Source: a bacterium (GTDB lineage: Bacteria > Patescibacteriota > Dojkabacteria > JAKAPS01 > JAJZLI01). From it: a stretch of 64,000 bases of DNA. Shown here in pieces: positions 39,893-49,501 of the stretch. Both the position numbers and the translations under genes were made by a program. The stretch covers positions 262,087-326,086 of the forward strand of contig JAKAWT010000001.1 in assembly GCA_021816845.1 (NCBI GenBank). Direction: 5' to 3'. A model generated the notes under the pieces. The model saw only the letters and a program-made list of their open reading frames with translations, was not told the origin of the DNA and did not search any database. Numbering within the stretch: the first letter of the stretch is position 1; each line of letters starts with the position of its first letter.

Positions 39893-40522
39893 CTAAGATT
39901 CTTTTTTCCCAACGATTATCCTTGCTGGACGAATAACTTTCCCATTTTGTTCATATCCAACCCTAACAACTTGTATAACCTTATTCTCTTTTTCAGGATC
40001 ATCAACATTCACTGTCCCTATTACCTCATGATTTAATGGAGAAAATGTATCTCCTTCGTTAACTACCATCACCTGAGCTCCCTGACTTTTCACAATATCA
40101 TTACATTTATCTAAAATAAGTTTGATTCCACTTTTTATTTCGGATATATTAACTTTTTCATTTCCACCCTTCTCGCTCTGTTCAAGATGAACAATATATG
40201 AATATATATCATCTGATATTTCCAAAAATTGACGAAGTAACATGTTGTTTGTTATCCCAACCATATTCTCCTTTTCTATCTCCGTTCTCTTCTTTAGATT
40301 TTGATAATCAGATAAAGCACTTTTAAGTAAATTAGTTGTTTTCTCCAATTCACCTTTCAGAGCCTGTATTTCCTCATCCCTTTTATCAATTTCCTCAAGA
40401 ACCTCATCTGTTACATCTTCCACACGAGAATCAACTTTCGCCTTTTTATTTTCTTTTAGATCTAGATCTTTTGGATCTAGATCCATTGGATCTAAATTCT
40501 TTTTTTGTTTTTTTTCTGCCAT
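39893..40522 (-). CDS. grpE: Nucleotide exchange factor GrpE
   Basis: SDYQNLKKR..E, F.P..HE, GY...GKVIRPAR..V. Confidence 0.93.
   Translation of the reverse strand: MAEKKQKKNLDPMDLDPKDLDLKENKKAKVDSRVEDVTDEVLEEIDKRDEEIQALKGELEKTTNLLKSALSDYQNLKKRTEIEKENMVGITNNMLLRQFLEISDDIYSYIVHLEQSEKGGNEKVNISEIKSGIKLILDKCNDIVKSQGAQVMVVNEGDTFSPLNHEVIGTVNVDDPEKENKVIQVVRVGYEQNGKVIRPARIIVGKKES
40458..40499. repeat. 15-bp-period palindromic array, 3 units, in the grpE N-terminus
   Basis: agatctagatct-ttt-GGATCTAGATCC-att-ggatctaaattc. Encodes NLDPM DLDPK DLDL. Confidence 0.92.
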
Positions 40523-40559
40523 AATATTCTTTAAAACTTTAGATTTAAATTATTTTCTT

Positions 40560-41282
40560 TTACCATCCAGCTGTTACTTCTTCTAATGAATCAGTAACGT
40601 ATCTTAGAACGGGGAATACTCTTTTGTAATCCATCCTATAAGGACCAATTACTGCAATATATCCCTGTTCTCCTCTGTGAAGCCTAAATCCAGAAAAGAC
40701 AATTGCTGAATTTTTAAAACTATTAAATCCAGATTCTTCTCCTATTAAAACCTTCACATCTTGCTCATATGCCACCCCTTTCTCAAATATAGATTCTAGA
40801 ATGTTATAATTCTCCAAAACTGAAACAACATTTTTCAAAACTGAAATATCCTCAAATTCAGGATAATCCAGAATTTCAGAGATTCCAGAGTAAAATAACG
40901 CATCTTCAAAAAGAGCGACTGCTGCATACTTTAGACTTGAAGAGAGTGTCTCAACTGCTGTCCTTAAAAGTTTGTCTCTTTGAAACCTAGCATCGTGAAA
41001 CCCTTCCTTTATGTTCATCTCTTGGACATACCCCATCTCATCTTCTTTCAGCATATGTTCAATATAGTAACGAAAACCTACAGAAGTAGGAATTCTACCT
41101 GCAGAAAAATGTTCTTTTTCAATAAACCCAAGACCTATGAGATCGGCCATTTCATTTCTTATAGTTGCAGGAGAAGCTTTTATATTATACTTATCTGCAA
41201 CAGAAACCGAACCCACAGCTTGTGCTGTCTGCATAAACTCCAATATTATACATTCCAAAATTCTCTCTTGTCTCGGAGTCAT
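40560..41282 (-). CDS. hrcA: Heat-inducible repressor HrcA (short form)
   Basis: RQ..IL, VGS, SPATIRNEMA.L, H.SAGRIPT..G.RYY, IGE, IGP.RMDY. Confidence 0.95.
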   Translation of the reverse strand: MTPRQERILECIILEFMQTAQAVGSVSVADKYNIKASPATIRNEMADLIGLGFIEKEHFSAGRIPTSVGFRYYIEHMLKEDEMGYVQEMNIKEGFHDARFQRDKLLRTAVETLSSSLKYAAVALFEDALFYSGISEILDYPEFEDISVLKNVVSVLENYNILESIFEKGVAYEQDVKVLIGEESGFNSFKNSAIVFSGFRLHRGEQGYIAVIGPYRMDYKRVFPVLRYVTDSLEEVTAGW

Positions 41283-41288
41283 ATGTTA

Positions 41289-41315
41289 TTAGCAAAGATT
41301 AATATTAACTGCTAA
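41289..41315. promoter_or_regulatory. CIRCE-like operator
   Basis: TTAGCA-aag-N9-aac-TGCTAA has the 27-bp CIRCE geometry with the outer hexamers intact. It lies 6 nt upstream of the hrcA ATG. Confidence 0.8.
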
Positions 41316-41316
41316 T

Positions 41317-41412
41317 ATGTTAACACCTCCTTCAAATCTTGTCAAGGCATATATGTCAAGACATGTATGTCAAGATATACATCTTGTCAAGAGTCTAAAG
41401 AGAAAGTATAAT
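41317..41412. promoter_or_regulatory. Divergent promoters with four TGTCAAG repeats
   Basis: Minus strand: TTGACA(41345-41340)-17-TAACAT(41322-41317). Plus strand: TTGTCA(41384-41389)-17-TATAAT(41407-41412). TGTCAAG occurs at 41340, 41354, 41368 and 41385. Confidence 0.7.
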
Positions 41413-41420
41413 TTAGGCAA

Positions 41421-41876
41421 ATGAAAAGGAAACTGCCCAAAATAATACTTATCCTTATTCTAGCCTTAATTGTCATAGTTATTGAACCTGTTGTAACAAA
41501 AAGGTTGTTTAATATTCACAAGAAAGGGAGAACTTCATCTTTGGCAGTCACCTTACAAAGTGGAGAAGGGAAAGGATATATTCTAAAAACTATACTCTTC
41601 AAAGAGAACAATGTAACAAGCATTGAAAGTAACCTTTACAACGCATCTTCAATAAATCTTAGTGAAAATACAAACTCTCAAATATTTACCAATAGAGAAT
41701 ATATAAAAACTTCTTCATCACAAAACAAAGCATTATCTGCAGGCTCTTATAATATAACCTTAATATCATCTGGATATACTCAAAAAAATGTAGAAGTTAA
41801 TCTTAAAGAAGGATATGATGTTTATGTTGAATTACAATTTTTCAAAATACCTGTAAATTCAACTTATGTAACTTAG
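41421..41876 (+). CDS. Membrane-anchored protein, PEGA-like beta domain
   Basis: N-terminal TM. LSAGSYNITLISSGY...V.L..G is a PEGA-like pattern. Confidence 0.55.
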   Translation: MKRKLPKIILILILALIVIVIEPVVTKRLFNIHKKGRTSSLAVTLQSGEGKGYILKTILFKENNVTSIESNLYNASSINLSENTNSQIFTNREYIKTSSSQNKALSAGSYNITLISSGYTQKNVEVNLKEGYDVYVELQFFKIPVNSTYVT

Positions 41877-41882
41877 TAAATT

Positions 41883-44030
41883 ATGGCTAATAAAATTATT
41901 TTTGCAAAAAAATTACCTATCACCCTAATATTTAATGGTGGGAATTTTTGTGCAATTAAATTAGCTGAAAATATAGTTGAAGAAGGAGGAAACGTAATAA
42001 TAGTAGATGAATTTTCAAAAAATAACTCAGAAAGTGTAAGAAAATTAAAAATTATAAAGGATAAAAAACATAAAGGTGAAATAAAAATACTAGACATAAT
42101 TTCTAATCCAAATTTGATAGAAACATTAGATGAAATAAATTTTGCCATTTTTTTCGGTGGATTTAATAGTATTTATGGAATAAACCATTCAAGACTACTA
42201 AGGAATATTGATTTATTCTTTGAAATAGTTCTAAAAAATCATAGCAGATATCTAGTTGTTACAAATATAAATAAAACCGATGATGATCAATTTAATGAAG
42301 TAGAAGAGAGTTTAAAAACTAAAACTATAAAAGAGATGAAAGATATAAACGGTAGTATTGCAACGGGGAGTCTAATAGAAATGGGAGAGGTTTATGGAGA
42401 AACAATGGATACCTTTTTGAAAAACCCAATAAACTCAATATTAAAGAGTATAGAGGAAGATAAAATAATAAAAGTAGAAAATAGAAATAGATTCTATCAT
42501 TATATCTATCTAGAAGATGCAGTAAATGCCATTATAAAGGTACTATTCTCTGATTCAGAGGGAGAATATAAAATATCAAATAAAGAAGATGTCTCTAATA
42601 TTTCTCTAGCATTTAGAATTTCAGATCTTACAGGATTTAAAGTAGAGGAAGAAAAAAATGACCAAGAATTTAGCGTCCAAGAAGACAGAATGAAAACTAC
42701 TATAGGAAACCTCTTGGGGTGGACCCCAGATACAAGTTTTGAGAATGGAATAATAAATACTGTAAGGGAGAGGGTTACAAATAAGGCTGCACCAATATCA
42801 ATGTTTAAAGATGAAAATATTATTCCATCTACACAAAAAGACATAGGTGCAAAAAATTCTTTTAAAAAAGTGAACCTTTCCAATTTTGACAAAATAAAAG
42901 AACAATATTTAAAAAACGAATATATTAACCAAGGAGTATTCACACCTGAAAGAAAGAAACAATTAACAACTACAAGAAGAAAAAGGAAATTAATAAAAAT
43001 TATAATAGTACTCCTTGCTGTTATTATAGTTTTTGTTATTGCTTCACTAATAGATTCATATATTAATTACGAATCTCTCCTTTCAAACCTTTCCTTACAA
43101 CAACAATATTTATCTTCAGGACAATATGCTGAATCTCTATTTTATAACAAAAATGCACAATCTAATATATCTACTCTAAAAACATATATAGGGGTGTATG
43201 AACCAATATTATCAATACTCTCAATGTATACACCTACAAAAGAAAATATCTTATCTGCATCAAACCTAAATAATTCTATGTATTATTTAATAAATAACAC
43301 CAAAAATATAAACTCAATCAACACCTTAAATTTATCGAATGCTAATCCTGGGTTTATTTCTGCCATGCAGACACTTTCAACTCCATCTCCTGGTTTAATG
43401 CAAGTAAAAACTGCATTATTAGAACTAAACTCTAATTCATTAACATCTGCTTTATATCAAAAACTTTCCAGTGAGATTAATTTTGTAAATAGTAGTTTGA
43501 CCAATATTCAAAATAGGGCAGAAATATACTATACCCTTCTATCTGGAAATAAGTCATATACAATAATTTATCTTAAAAGTAATACTCTACCATCTACTCA
43601 AGGAATCCAAGAACCTCAGAACCTTGGATCTCAGATTCAGGGGAACCAGATTCAAGGTAATATTGAAAAATATGTTTATATAAAAATTTCAGATGGGAAA
43701 ATTACAAGCATCGTGAATCCAAATAATCCGGGAGATCTCAATACTATACCAAAAGGTGGGTCTCTACCTGAAGCTTCTATGGAGATTTCCAGTCTTGTTA
43801 ATTCTGCATTCAAGGTAAACAATACTGGGGTTTTGTATATAACAAAAAGTGCACAAAACAGTTTTAGCGCTGAACTTTCAGGACAAGATTTAATTAGTAT
43901 ATACACAGGGTCTAATTACAATATGAGAATGCTTGCAGTAAAACTTATAACTCAAGCTTTAAAAACTCAGAACATTAGTCTATATATAACTAACCCAAAA
44001 TACCAGTATATTAACCTTCTTCTTAAATAA
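41883..44030 (+). CDS. Degenerate NAD-dependent epimerase/SDR domain fused to a TM and an extracellular domain
   Basis: GG.FCA..LAE..V..G.NVIIVD, EVYGE, YIY.ED.V.AI, LGWTP.TSFE.GI..T. No clear YxxxK. TM near aa 370-390. Confidence 0.65.
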   Translation: MANKIIFAKKLPITLIFNGGNFCAIKLAENIVEEGGNVIIVDEFSKNNSESVRKLKIIKDKKHKGEIKILDIISNPNLIETLDEINFAIFFGGFNSIYGINHSRLLRNIDLFFEIVLKNHSRYLVVTNINKTDDDQFNEVEESLKTKTIKEMKDINGSIATGSLIEMGEVYGETMDTFLKNPINSILKSIEEDKIIKVENRNRFYHYIYLEDAVNAIIKVLFSDSEGEYKISNKEDVSNISLAFRISDLTGFKVEEEKNDQEFSVQEDRMKTTIGNLLGWTPDTSFENGIINTVRERVTNKAAPISMFKDENIIPSTQKDIGAKNSFKKVNLSNFDKIKEQYLKNEYINQGVFTPERKKQLTTTRRKRKLIKIIIVLLAVIIVFVIASLIDSYINYESLLSNLSLQQQYLSSGQYAESLFYNKNAQSNISTLKTYIGVYEPILSILSMYTPTKENILSASNLNNSMYYLINNTKNINSINTLNLSNANPGFISAMQTLSTPSPGLMQVKTALLELNSNSLTSALYQKLSSEINFVNSSLTNIQNRAEIYYTLLSGNKSYTIIYLKSNTLPSTQGIQEPQNLGSQIQGNQIQGNIEKYVYIKISDGKITSIVNPNNPGDLNTIPKGGSLPEASMEISSLVNSAFKVNNTGVLYITKSAQNSFSAELSGQDLISIYTGSNYNMRMLAVKLITQALKTQNISLYITNPKYQYINLLLK
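43599..43658. repeat. 15-bp-period array, 13+2 variant, about 3 units
   Basis: caagaacctcagaac / cttggatctcagatt / caggggaaccagatt / caaggt. Encodes QEPQN LGSQI QGNQI QG. Confidence 0.75.
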
Positions 44031-44052
44031 ATTATGGTATACTCATCTCATC

Positions 44053-44526
44053 ATGGAAGATAATAACTATGGTGATTATCCATACAAAACAATTCCTCTA
44101 GAGGTAGGAAATACACAAAACAATTTTGTTACAAATTTAAACTCTAGAGTTTTAAGTTCAAGAATACAAAAATATATTGGTATACAAAAAAAACTTTTAT
44201 TATGGAAAAGACCTCTCTTTTTATTCTATAGTATATTTAGCATATATATCATCATATTATTACTATTTTTTACAATAAAATATTTCATATCTCTACCATC
44301 ATTAATCCCTGCATTACTTTTTAGCCAACATAGTTATTTAATATCTAAATATATATTGTTTTTTTTAATCATCATTGATATATCATTCTCTTTAATATCA
44401 ACATTTATATATTTAAAAATTTATTATAGAATAAAAGAAATTGCATATTTTACCATTATATTCAATCTAATGTTTAGTGTTCTATTGTTTTTAACATTTT
44501 ATAAGATTATACAGATGTCATTATGA
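44053..44526 (+). CDS. Hypothetical membrane protein
   Basis: Three TM helices, LP..IP motif, ATGA overlap with the next gene. Confidence 0.6.
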   Translation: MEDNNYGDYPYKTIPLEVGNTQNNFVTNLNSRVLSSRIQKYIGIQKKLLLWKRPLFLFYSIFSIYIIILLLFFTIKYFISLPSLIPALLFSQHSYLISKYILFFLIIIDISFSLISTFIYLKIYYRIKEIAYFTIIFNLMFSVLLFLTFYKIIQMSL

Positions 44527-45620
44527 TTTCTATTCCAACAGAATACTTAAAATATATTATCTATTTACCTTTATTTATAGAGTCTTTTTTAATTTCAATT
44601 TTTCTAACACCAATTGTTAGAGTAATAGCAGAAAAATTACAGGTTTATGATAATCCTCCTTCAGAAAGAACCGATTCCACTGCACCAAGAAGAATACATC
44701 TTACCAAAAAATTAAAACTTGGAGGAACTGCAATTATTTTCCCATTTATATTTCTAACTCTTTTAAATGTACCAATAACAAAGCAATTATTGGTATTCAT
44801 TCTAGGTATTTTGATTTTAGTTGTTACAGGAATAATAGATGATTTTTATGATGTATCTGCAAAATTTCAAATTGTAATGCAAATTATAGCAACACTATGT
44901 GTTACTTTGGCTGGAATAGATATAAGTTATGTATCAAAACCACTCGGTGGGATATCATCTTTAAGTTTTATTCCGTTCTCTATAGATGGTACAAAAATAT
45001 ACTTGGTGTCGTTTATAGTTACAGTTATCTGGATACTTTTTATTATAAATGCAGTAAAATGGATGGCAGGAACAGACGGTCTAGCAGAAGGAAATGTTTC
45101 AATAGCTGCAGTTATAATAGCATTAGTTTCAATACGTTTCCAAACATATGACACTGCAATTATGGGATTCATTTTTGCTGGATTAATGCTAGGATTCTTA
45201 TTCTTTAACTTTTATCCTTCAAAAATATTCTCTGGTTCTTCTGGAAAGAGTGTTTATGGTTTTATTATCGCAGTATTAGCTATTTACTCTGGTGCAAAAT
45301 TAGGGTCTACCATAATGGTATTATCTATACCAATAATCGATGCAGTTTGGGTTATTTTTACAAGAATCAAAGAAGAGAGACCTAAAGGTGTATTATCTTT
45401 GATGAAAATTAATGACAAAAGACATCTACATCATAGGTTGTTACAACTTGGTTATTCACAAAAGAAAATAGCTCTAATTGAATACACTTTTACTGGAATA
45501 ATAGGAATAATAGCCCTTATAGCAACAGGTTTTCATAAACTTATATTCCTTGCAACATTTGCACTCATTATATTCATTCTAATATTCACAATAAGTATGA
45601 GAACTAAAAAAACATATTAA
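44523..45620 (+). CDS. MraY/WecA/TagO-family (GT4) polyprenyl-phosphate HexNAc-1-P transferase
   Basis: LGG.AI, GIIDD, NA....G.DGL, FNFYPSKIF.G.SG, PIID, HLHHRL. Confidence 0.9.
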   Translation: MISIPTEYLKYIIYLPLFIESFLISIFLTPIVRVIAEKLQVYDNPPSERTDSTAPRRIHLTKKLKLGGTAIIFPFIFLTLLNVPITKQLLVFILGILILVVTGIIDDFYDVSAKFQIVMQIIATLCVTLAGIDISYVSKPLGGISSLSFIPFSIDGTKIYLVSFIVTVIWILFIINAVKWMAGTDGLAEGNVSIAAVIIALVSIRFQTYDTAIMGFIFAGLMLGFLFFNFYPSKIFSGSSGKSVYGFIIAVLAIYSGAKLGSTIMVLSIPIIDAVWVIFTRIKEERPKGVLSLMKINDKRHLHHRLLQLGYSQKKIALIEYTFTGIIGIIALIATGFHKLIFLATFALIIFILIFTISMRTKKTY

Positions 45621-45665
45621 TTAGAATTTTTGGTTTTAAGGATAATGATGTTGTATAATAATTAT

Positions 45666-46076
45666 ATGAAAGAAAAAATTAAAAAATCAAAAGGATATAA
45701 TCAAAAAAACTCTAAACCTAAAAAAGATGTTTTAAAATTAGATGAAATTATAGGTTCTATACCTCTATATTGTGATAAATGTGGTTCTTTGCACAACAAA
45801 GATAATATTGAAATAATAGATAAAAACGAAAACCTCACAATTATATATATGATGTGTGAAAATTGCCTTTCTAAAAACATTATGTATGTTATAAAACCAC
45901 TCAATGTGATAAATAAAACTGTAATAAATGTTGATTTAGAATCAAATGAAATAAAAAAATTTGCTGGATCAAAAGCTATAACTACAGATGATATATTAAA
46001 TATCTATTCAATTATAAAATCAAAAAAAATAAATAAAGCAAAAGATCTCATTGATGAATTATCAAAAATAGATTAA
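45666..46076 (+). CDS. Hypothetical zinc-ribbon protein
   Basis: CDKC...CENC pairs, I..DDIL. ATG 45666 is preceded by TATAAT. Confidence 0.65.
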   Translation: MKEKIKKSKGYNQKNSKPKKDVLKLDEIIGSIPLYCDKCGSLHNKDNIEIIDKNENLTIIYMMCENCLSKNIMYVIKPLNVINKTVINVDLESNEIKKFAGSKAITTDDILNIYSIIKSKKINKAKDLIDELSKID

Positions 46077-46113
46077 CTATAAACCCTAATATAGATAAAA
46101 GGTTTGAAATAAA

Positions 46114-46437
46114 ATGCTTGAAAAAATCAGTTTTAAAAGGAAAATAGTTGCTGTAAAAAAAAATATTAAGTTAAAGGAAATTATAGATAACACATTAATA
46201 GATATATTTGGTGAGGAAATAGATCTTATTAAACGCAAAAATAAAGAACCTCAATTAAAATATAAATATATACGCAAAGGAAATATTACAATAATAACAC
46301 CAAGCTCTGTTATTGCACAGGAAATTATCCTTAAAAAGAATCTAATTATGGATAGTATTAATAATATACTAATTAAAAACAAAGATATAGATATTAAAGT
46401 AAAAGATATAAAGGTGAAAATAAAATCTTTGGATTAA
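46114..46437 (+). CDS. dciA: DciA/DUF721-like helicase-loading protein
   Basis: G.ITI...SSVIAQEI...K..I...IN......V.DI.VKI matches the DUF721 KH-like pattern. Adjacent to dnaN. Confidence 0.65.
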   Translation: MLEKISFKRKIVAVKKNIKLKEIIDNTLIDIFGEEIDLIKRKNKEPQLKYKYIRKGNITIITPSSVIAQEIILKKNLIMDSINNILIKNKDIDIKVKDIKVKIKSLD

Positions 46438-46464
46438 AATCCTTAGACTAAGATATTATTAAAA

Positions 46465-47610
46465 CTATCTTTCTTGTAGTGGTGTCATTAGGTAGGTAAA
46501 ATTTGGATCAGATGTGTCTTCAAATTTAGAAACTTTCTTTTTTTGTGGGTTATTAGTTTGTATTTGTAATTCATTACCCTCAACATGATTTAAAAAATCC
46601 ATAAGATACTTTGAATTAAAACAAATAACACCTTTTTCCCCTTCTATTTTTGTACTAATAAAACTTACACTCTCACCAACTTCAGCAAGAGAAGAATAGA
46701 TTTTTATTTCATTTTTTTTAGGATTTAAATCTAAATATATTCTTGATATATCTTTAAATTTAAAAATGTTTGAAAGCTTAACAACATCTCTAAATTCTTC
46801 AAAATTAATGGTAAATTTATTATCAAATGATTCTGGAAATATTTTTTTATAATCAGGATATTTTCCATCTATAATCCTAGATATAAATTTTACATTAAGT
46901 ATTTCAAATATCAATTGATTTTTATTCTCAGTTTCAGATATATATATATAAGTATCATCATCTACATTAAGTTCTTTTATTATTTTAGAAATATTATCAA
47001 CTGATGTAGTAGGGATAATAATATCTCTATCAGTTTCTTTTTTTACCTCAACATTGGATATTTTATAACTTGAAAATCTAAATCCATTTATTCCAATCAA
47101 TTTTAAAGATGATTTATTTGAAGATATACTTGTTTCAAACAATATACCATTTAATATTGTTTTTGACTGATCAGTTGATGAAGCAAAAGTCACTTTATCA
47201 GCAGCATTAGAGAAATCTAAAGCGTTTATTTTTATGAAATAATCATTTTTTTTGTCCTTAAATTCAGGAAATTCATCTGAAGGTATAGTATTTAGAGAAA
47301 TTTCATTTTTTAAATCTGAAATTATAAGTTTAAAATTTTCAACCTTTATATTTACAGCTTCAGATTTAAGATTTGACAGAAAATCATATAAATTCTTTAA
47401 ATTTACTGTTATTGACCCTTCTTTTACAATTTCTACTCCACAATATGAAACTATAGTCTGTTCCATATCTGTCGCACAAATTTTAATTTTTCCTTCCTCT
47501 GTATTTAGAAGAACATTAGATAATATAGGAATACTAGATCTGAAATTTTGTACTTTACTTGCAAAATTTAAAGACTCTAATAAATTTTCACGAACTACAT
47601 TTATCTCCAT
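46465..47610 (-). CDS. dnaN: DNA polymerase III beta sliding clamp
   Basis: IPILSNVLL, ATDME, EFP, L.GILF, GFR, SR.IDGKYPDY..I.P, FNSKYL.D, YLM.P. Confidence 0.95.
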   Translation of the reverse strand: MEINVVRENLLESLNFASKVQNFRSSIPILSNVLLNTEEGKIKICATDMEQTIVSYCGVEIVKEGSITVNLKNLYDFLSNLKSEAVNIKVENFKLIISDLKNEISLNTIPSDEFPEFKDKKNDYFIKINALDFSNAADKVTFASSTDQSKTILNGILFETSISSNKSSLKLIGINGFRFSSYKISNVEVKKETDRDIIIPTTSVDNISKIIKELNVDDDTYIYISETENKNQLIFEILNVKFISRIIDGKYPDYKKIFPESFDNKFTINFEEFRDVVKLSNIFKFKDISRIYLDLNPKKNEIKIYSSLAEVGESVSFISTKIEGEKGVICFNSKYLMDFLNHVEGNELQIQTNNPQKKKVSKFEDTSDPNFTYLMTPLQER

Positions 47611-47959
47611 AAAACTTTTCTCTTCTTTTAATAATATATAAATTTTAGTAGTCTTATTAGGTATTGTTTATAAGTTTAAAATAAACAATAAAACATATAT
47701 CTTATATAGTTTAATCTTGGTGTATTTCCTGTTTATAATATAAAATTATATTATAAATTGCAAAAACACTAATATTTTTTATATAGATTATAATAAAACC
47801 TAGTTACTATAACTGTGTATAATTAATTCAAAATGTTTATTATTTGTGTACTAAAAAATAATTGTTTTTTCAAAATACACACAAAAATTAATATTTATAA
47901 ACATCTTATACACACACAATATTCATAATATACACACATAATAATATTCTTTAAAAGAG
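47611..47959. other. oriC: Replication origin oriC in the dnaA-dnaN intergenic region
   Basis: Very AT-rich. Boxes TGTGTATAA 47814-47822 and TTATACACA 47906-47914. Variants TGTTTATAA 47665-47673 and 47730-47738, TTATAAACA 47895-47903. DnaA-trio-like TAG TAG TCT TAT TAG at 47646-47660. All recognised genes from 49602 onward are on the + strand. Confidence 0.8.
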
Positions 47960-49381
47960 CTACAACTGGTGCCTGATCTCTGCTATTTGGTCTTTAATTT
48001 GTAGATCAACATCAATTAAATTTTCAATCTTATCCACACCATGCATTATTGTAGTATGGTCTTTTCTTTTAAGTATTGATGCAACTTCTACAAGAGAAAG
48101 GTTTAAATCTGTTCTTAAAATATACATAGCAATTTGTCTAGGTAATACAACTTTAACAGTTCTTCTCTCTCCAAAAATATCTTTTCTTGAAACTTCATAT
48201 TTTTCACAAATAGAGTCTATAACATCTTTAGGTCTAAGTCTTTTTTGTCTTTTTTTTCTTGATATACCAATATATTTTGATATATCTTCTGGAGTTAACT
48301 CTTTATTTAGAGAAGTTTGCAGAGCGATTACTTTAGTTAATACACCTTCTAGTTCTCTAATATTAGATTCAATACTTATTGCTATCATTGAAAGAACTTC
48401 ATCTTTAATTCTAATCCCTCTTTCCTCACATTTTTTTCTTAAAATTGCCACCCTTGTTTCTTCATCTGGAAGAGAGATATCTGCAACCATACCACCTTCA
48501 AATCTAGAAACAAGTCTTTCTTCTAAATTTTCTATATCTCTTGGATGTCTATCAGAAGCTAAAATGATTTGTTTATTTGCTTGGTGAAGAGTATTGAATG
48601 TATGAAAAAATTCTTCTTGTGTACCTTTTCTTCCTGATATGAATTGAATATCATCTATTATAAGCACATCATTCTCCCTATACTGTTTTCTAAAATTTTC
48701 GGATTTACCTTTCTTTATAGAATTTATAAGTTCATTAAGAAATGTTTCACTACTTACATACGCAACCTTATAATCAGGATTTTTTTCTAATATAGAATTT
48801 CCTATAGCTTGCATAAGATGTGTTTTTCCAAGACCTACTCCTCCAAATACAAAAAATGGGTTATATATTTCTCCAGGTTTATCTATTATTGCACAAGCAG
48901 CTGCATGAGCAAGTCTATTAGATGAACCAACAATAAAATTTTCAAGTGAATATTTAGGATTTAGACCAGCTTTTATTAAAGAAGAGTCTCTTGTAGTTTC
49001 AAATTCTTTTTTTGAAGCATCTTTTGTATTTGAATCTTTAGTGTTTGTTTCAAACAAAGGAGTATTTTCGACAATATCTCCTTTTTTTACAACTAAAGTT
49101 ATTTCTACAGGTTTTCCATAAGCATCAGATAAAGCCTTTCTTGTAATATTTAAATAATTCAGATTAATATAATCGGATGTGAATGAATTGGGACAAGATA
49201 TTTTTGCAATACCATCTTTTATGTCAATAAGTTTTGTTTTTGAAAACCATATGTGATAGTTTTTTTCAGAAATATTTAGCCTTATTTGGGATACAGCAAT
49301 TTTCCAAATTCCTGGTAGTAGATCTTTTTGATCTGAACTTTTTGAATTTGAATCTTGAATTTTCCCGAAATTTCTATGCAT
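47960..49381 (-). CDS. dnaA: Chromosomal replication initiator DnaA
   Basis: YNPFF..GGVGLGKTHL, IDDIQF, QEEFFHTFN, SNIRELEG, RQIAMY, DHTT..H. Confidence 0.98.
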   Translation of the reverse strand: MHRNFGKIQDSNSKSSDQKDLLPGIWKIAVSQIRLNISEKNYHIWFSKTKLIDIKDGIAKISCPNSFTSDYINLNYLNITRKALSDAYGKPVEITLVVKKGDIVENTPLFETNTKDSNTKDASKKEFETTRDSSLIKAGLNPKYSLENFIVGSSNRLAHAAACAIIDKPGEIYNPFFVFGGVGLGKTHLMQAIGNSILEKNPDYKVAYVSSETFLNELINSIKKGKSENFRKQYRENDVLIIDDIQFISGRKGTQEEFFHTFNTLHQANKQIILASDRHPRDIENLEERLVSRFEGGMVADISLPDEETRVAILRKKCEERGIRIKDEVLSMIAISIESNIRELEGVLTKVIALQTSLNKELTPEDISKYIGISRKKRQKRLRPKDVIDSICEKYEVSRKDIFGERRTVKVVLPRQIAMYILRTDLNLSLVEVASILKRKDHTTIMHGVDKIENLIDVDLQIKDQIAEIRHQL

Positions 49382-49492
49382 AGTTTAAATAAAAAAAGTC
49401 AAAATATTTAGTGTTAGGCACAAAAATAAAACTTAAGGATTCCTTAACAAGGATTAGGATCCAAGAGGCAGACACGAATAAGGGTATCAAAT

Positions 49493-49501
49493 TGTGGATA
49501 A
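49493..49501 (-). promoter_or_regulatory. Perfect DnaA box upstream of dnaA (autoregulation)
   Basis: TGTGGATAA reads TTATCCACA on the minus strand, about 110 nt upstream of dnaA. A second perfect box lies in the dnaA 3' end (48030-48038). Confidence 0.8.
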
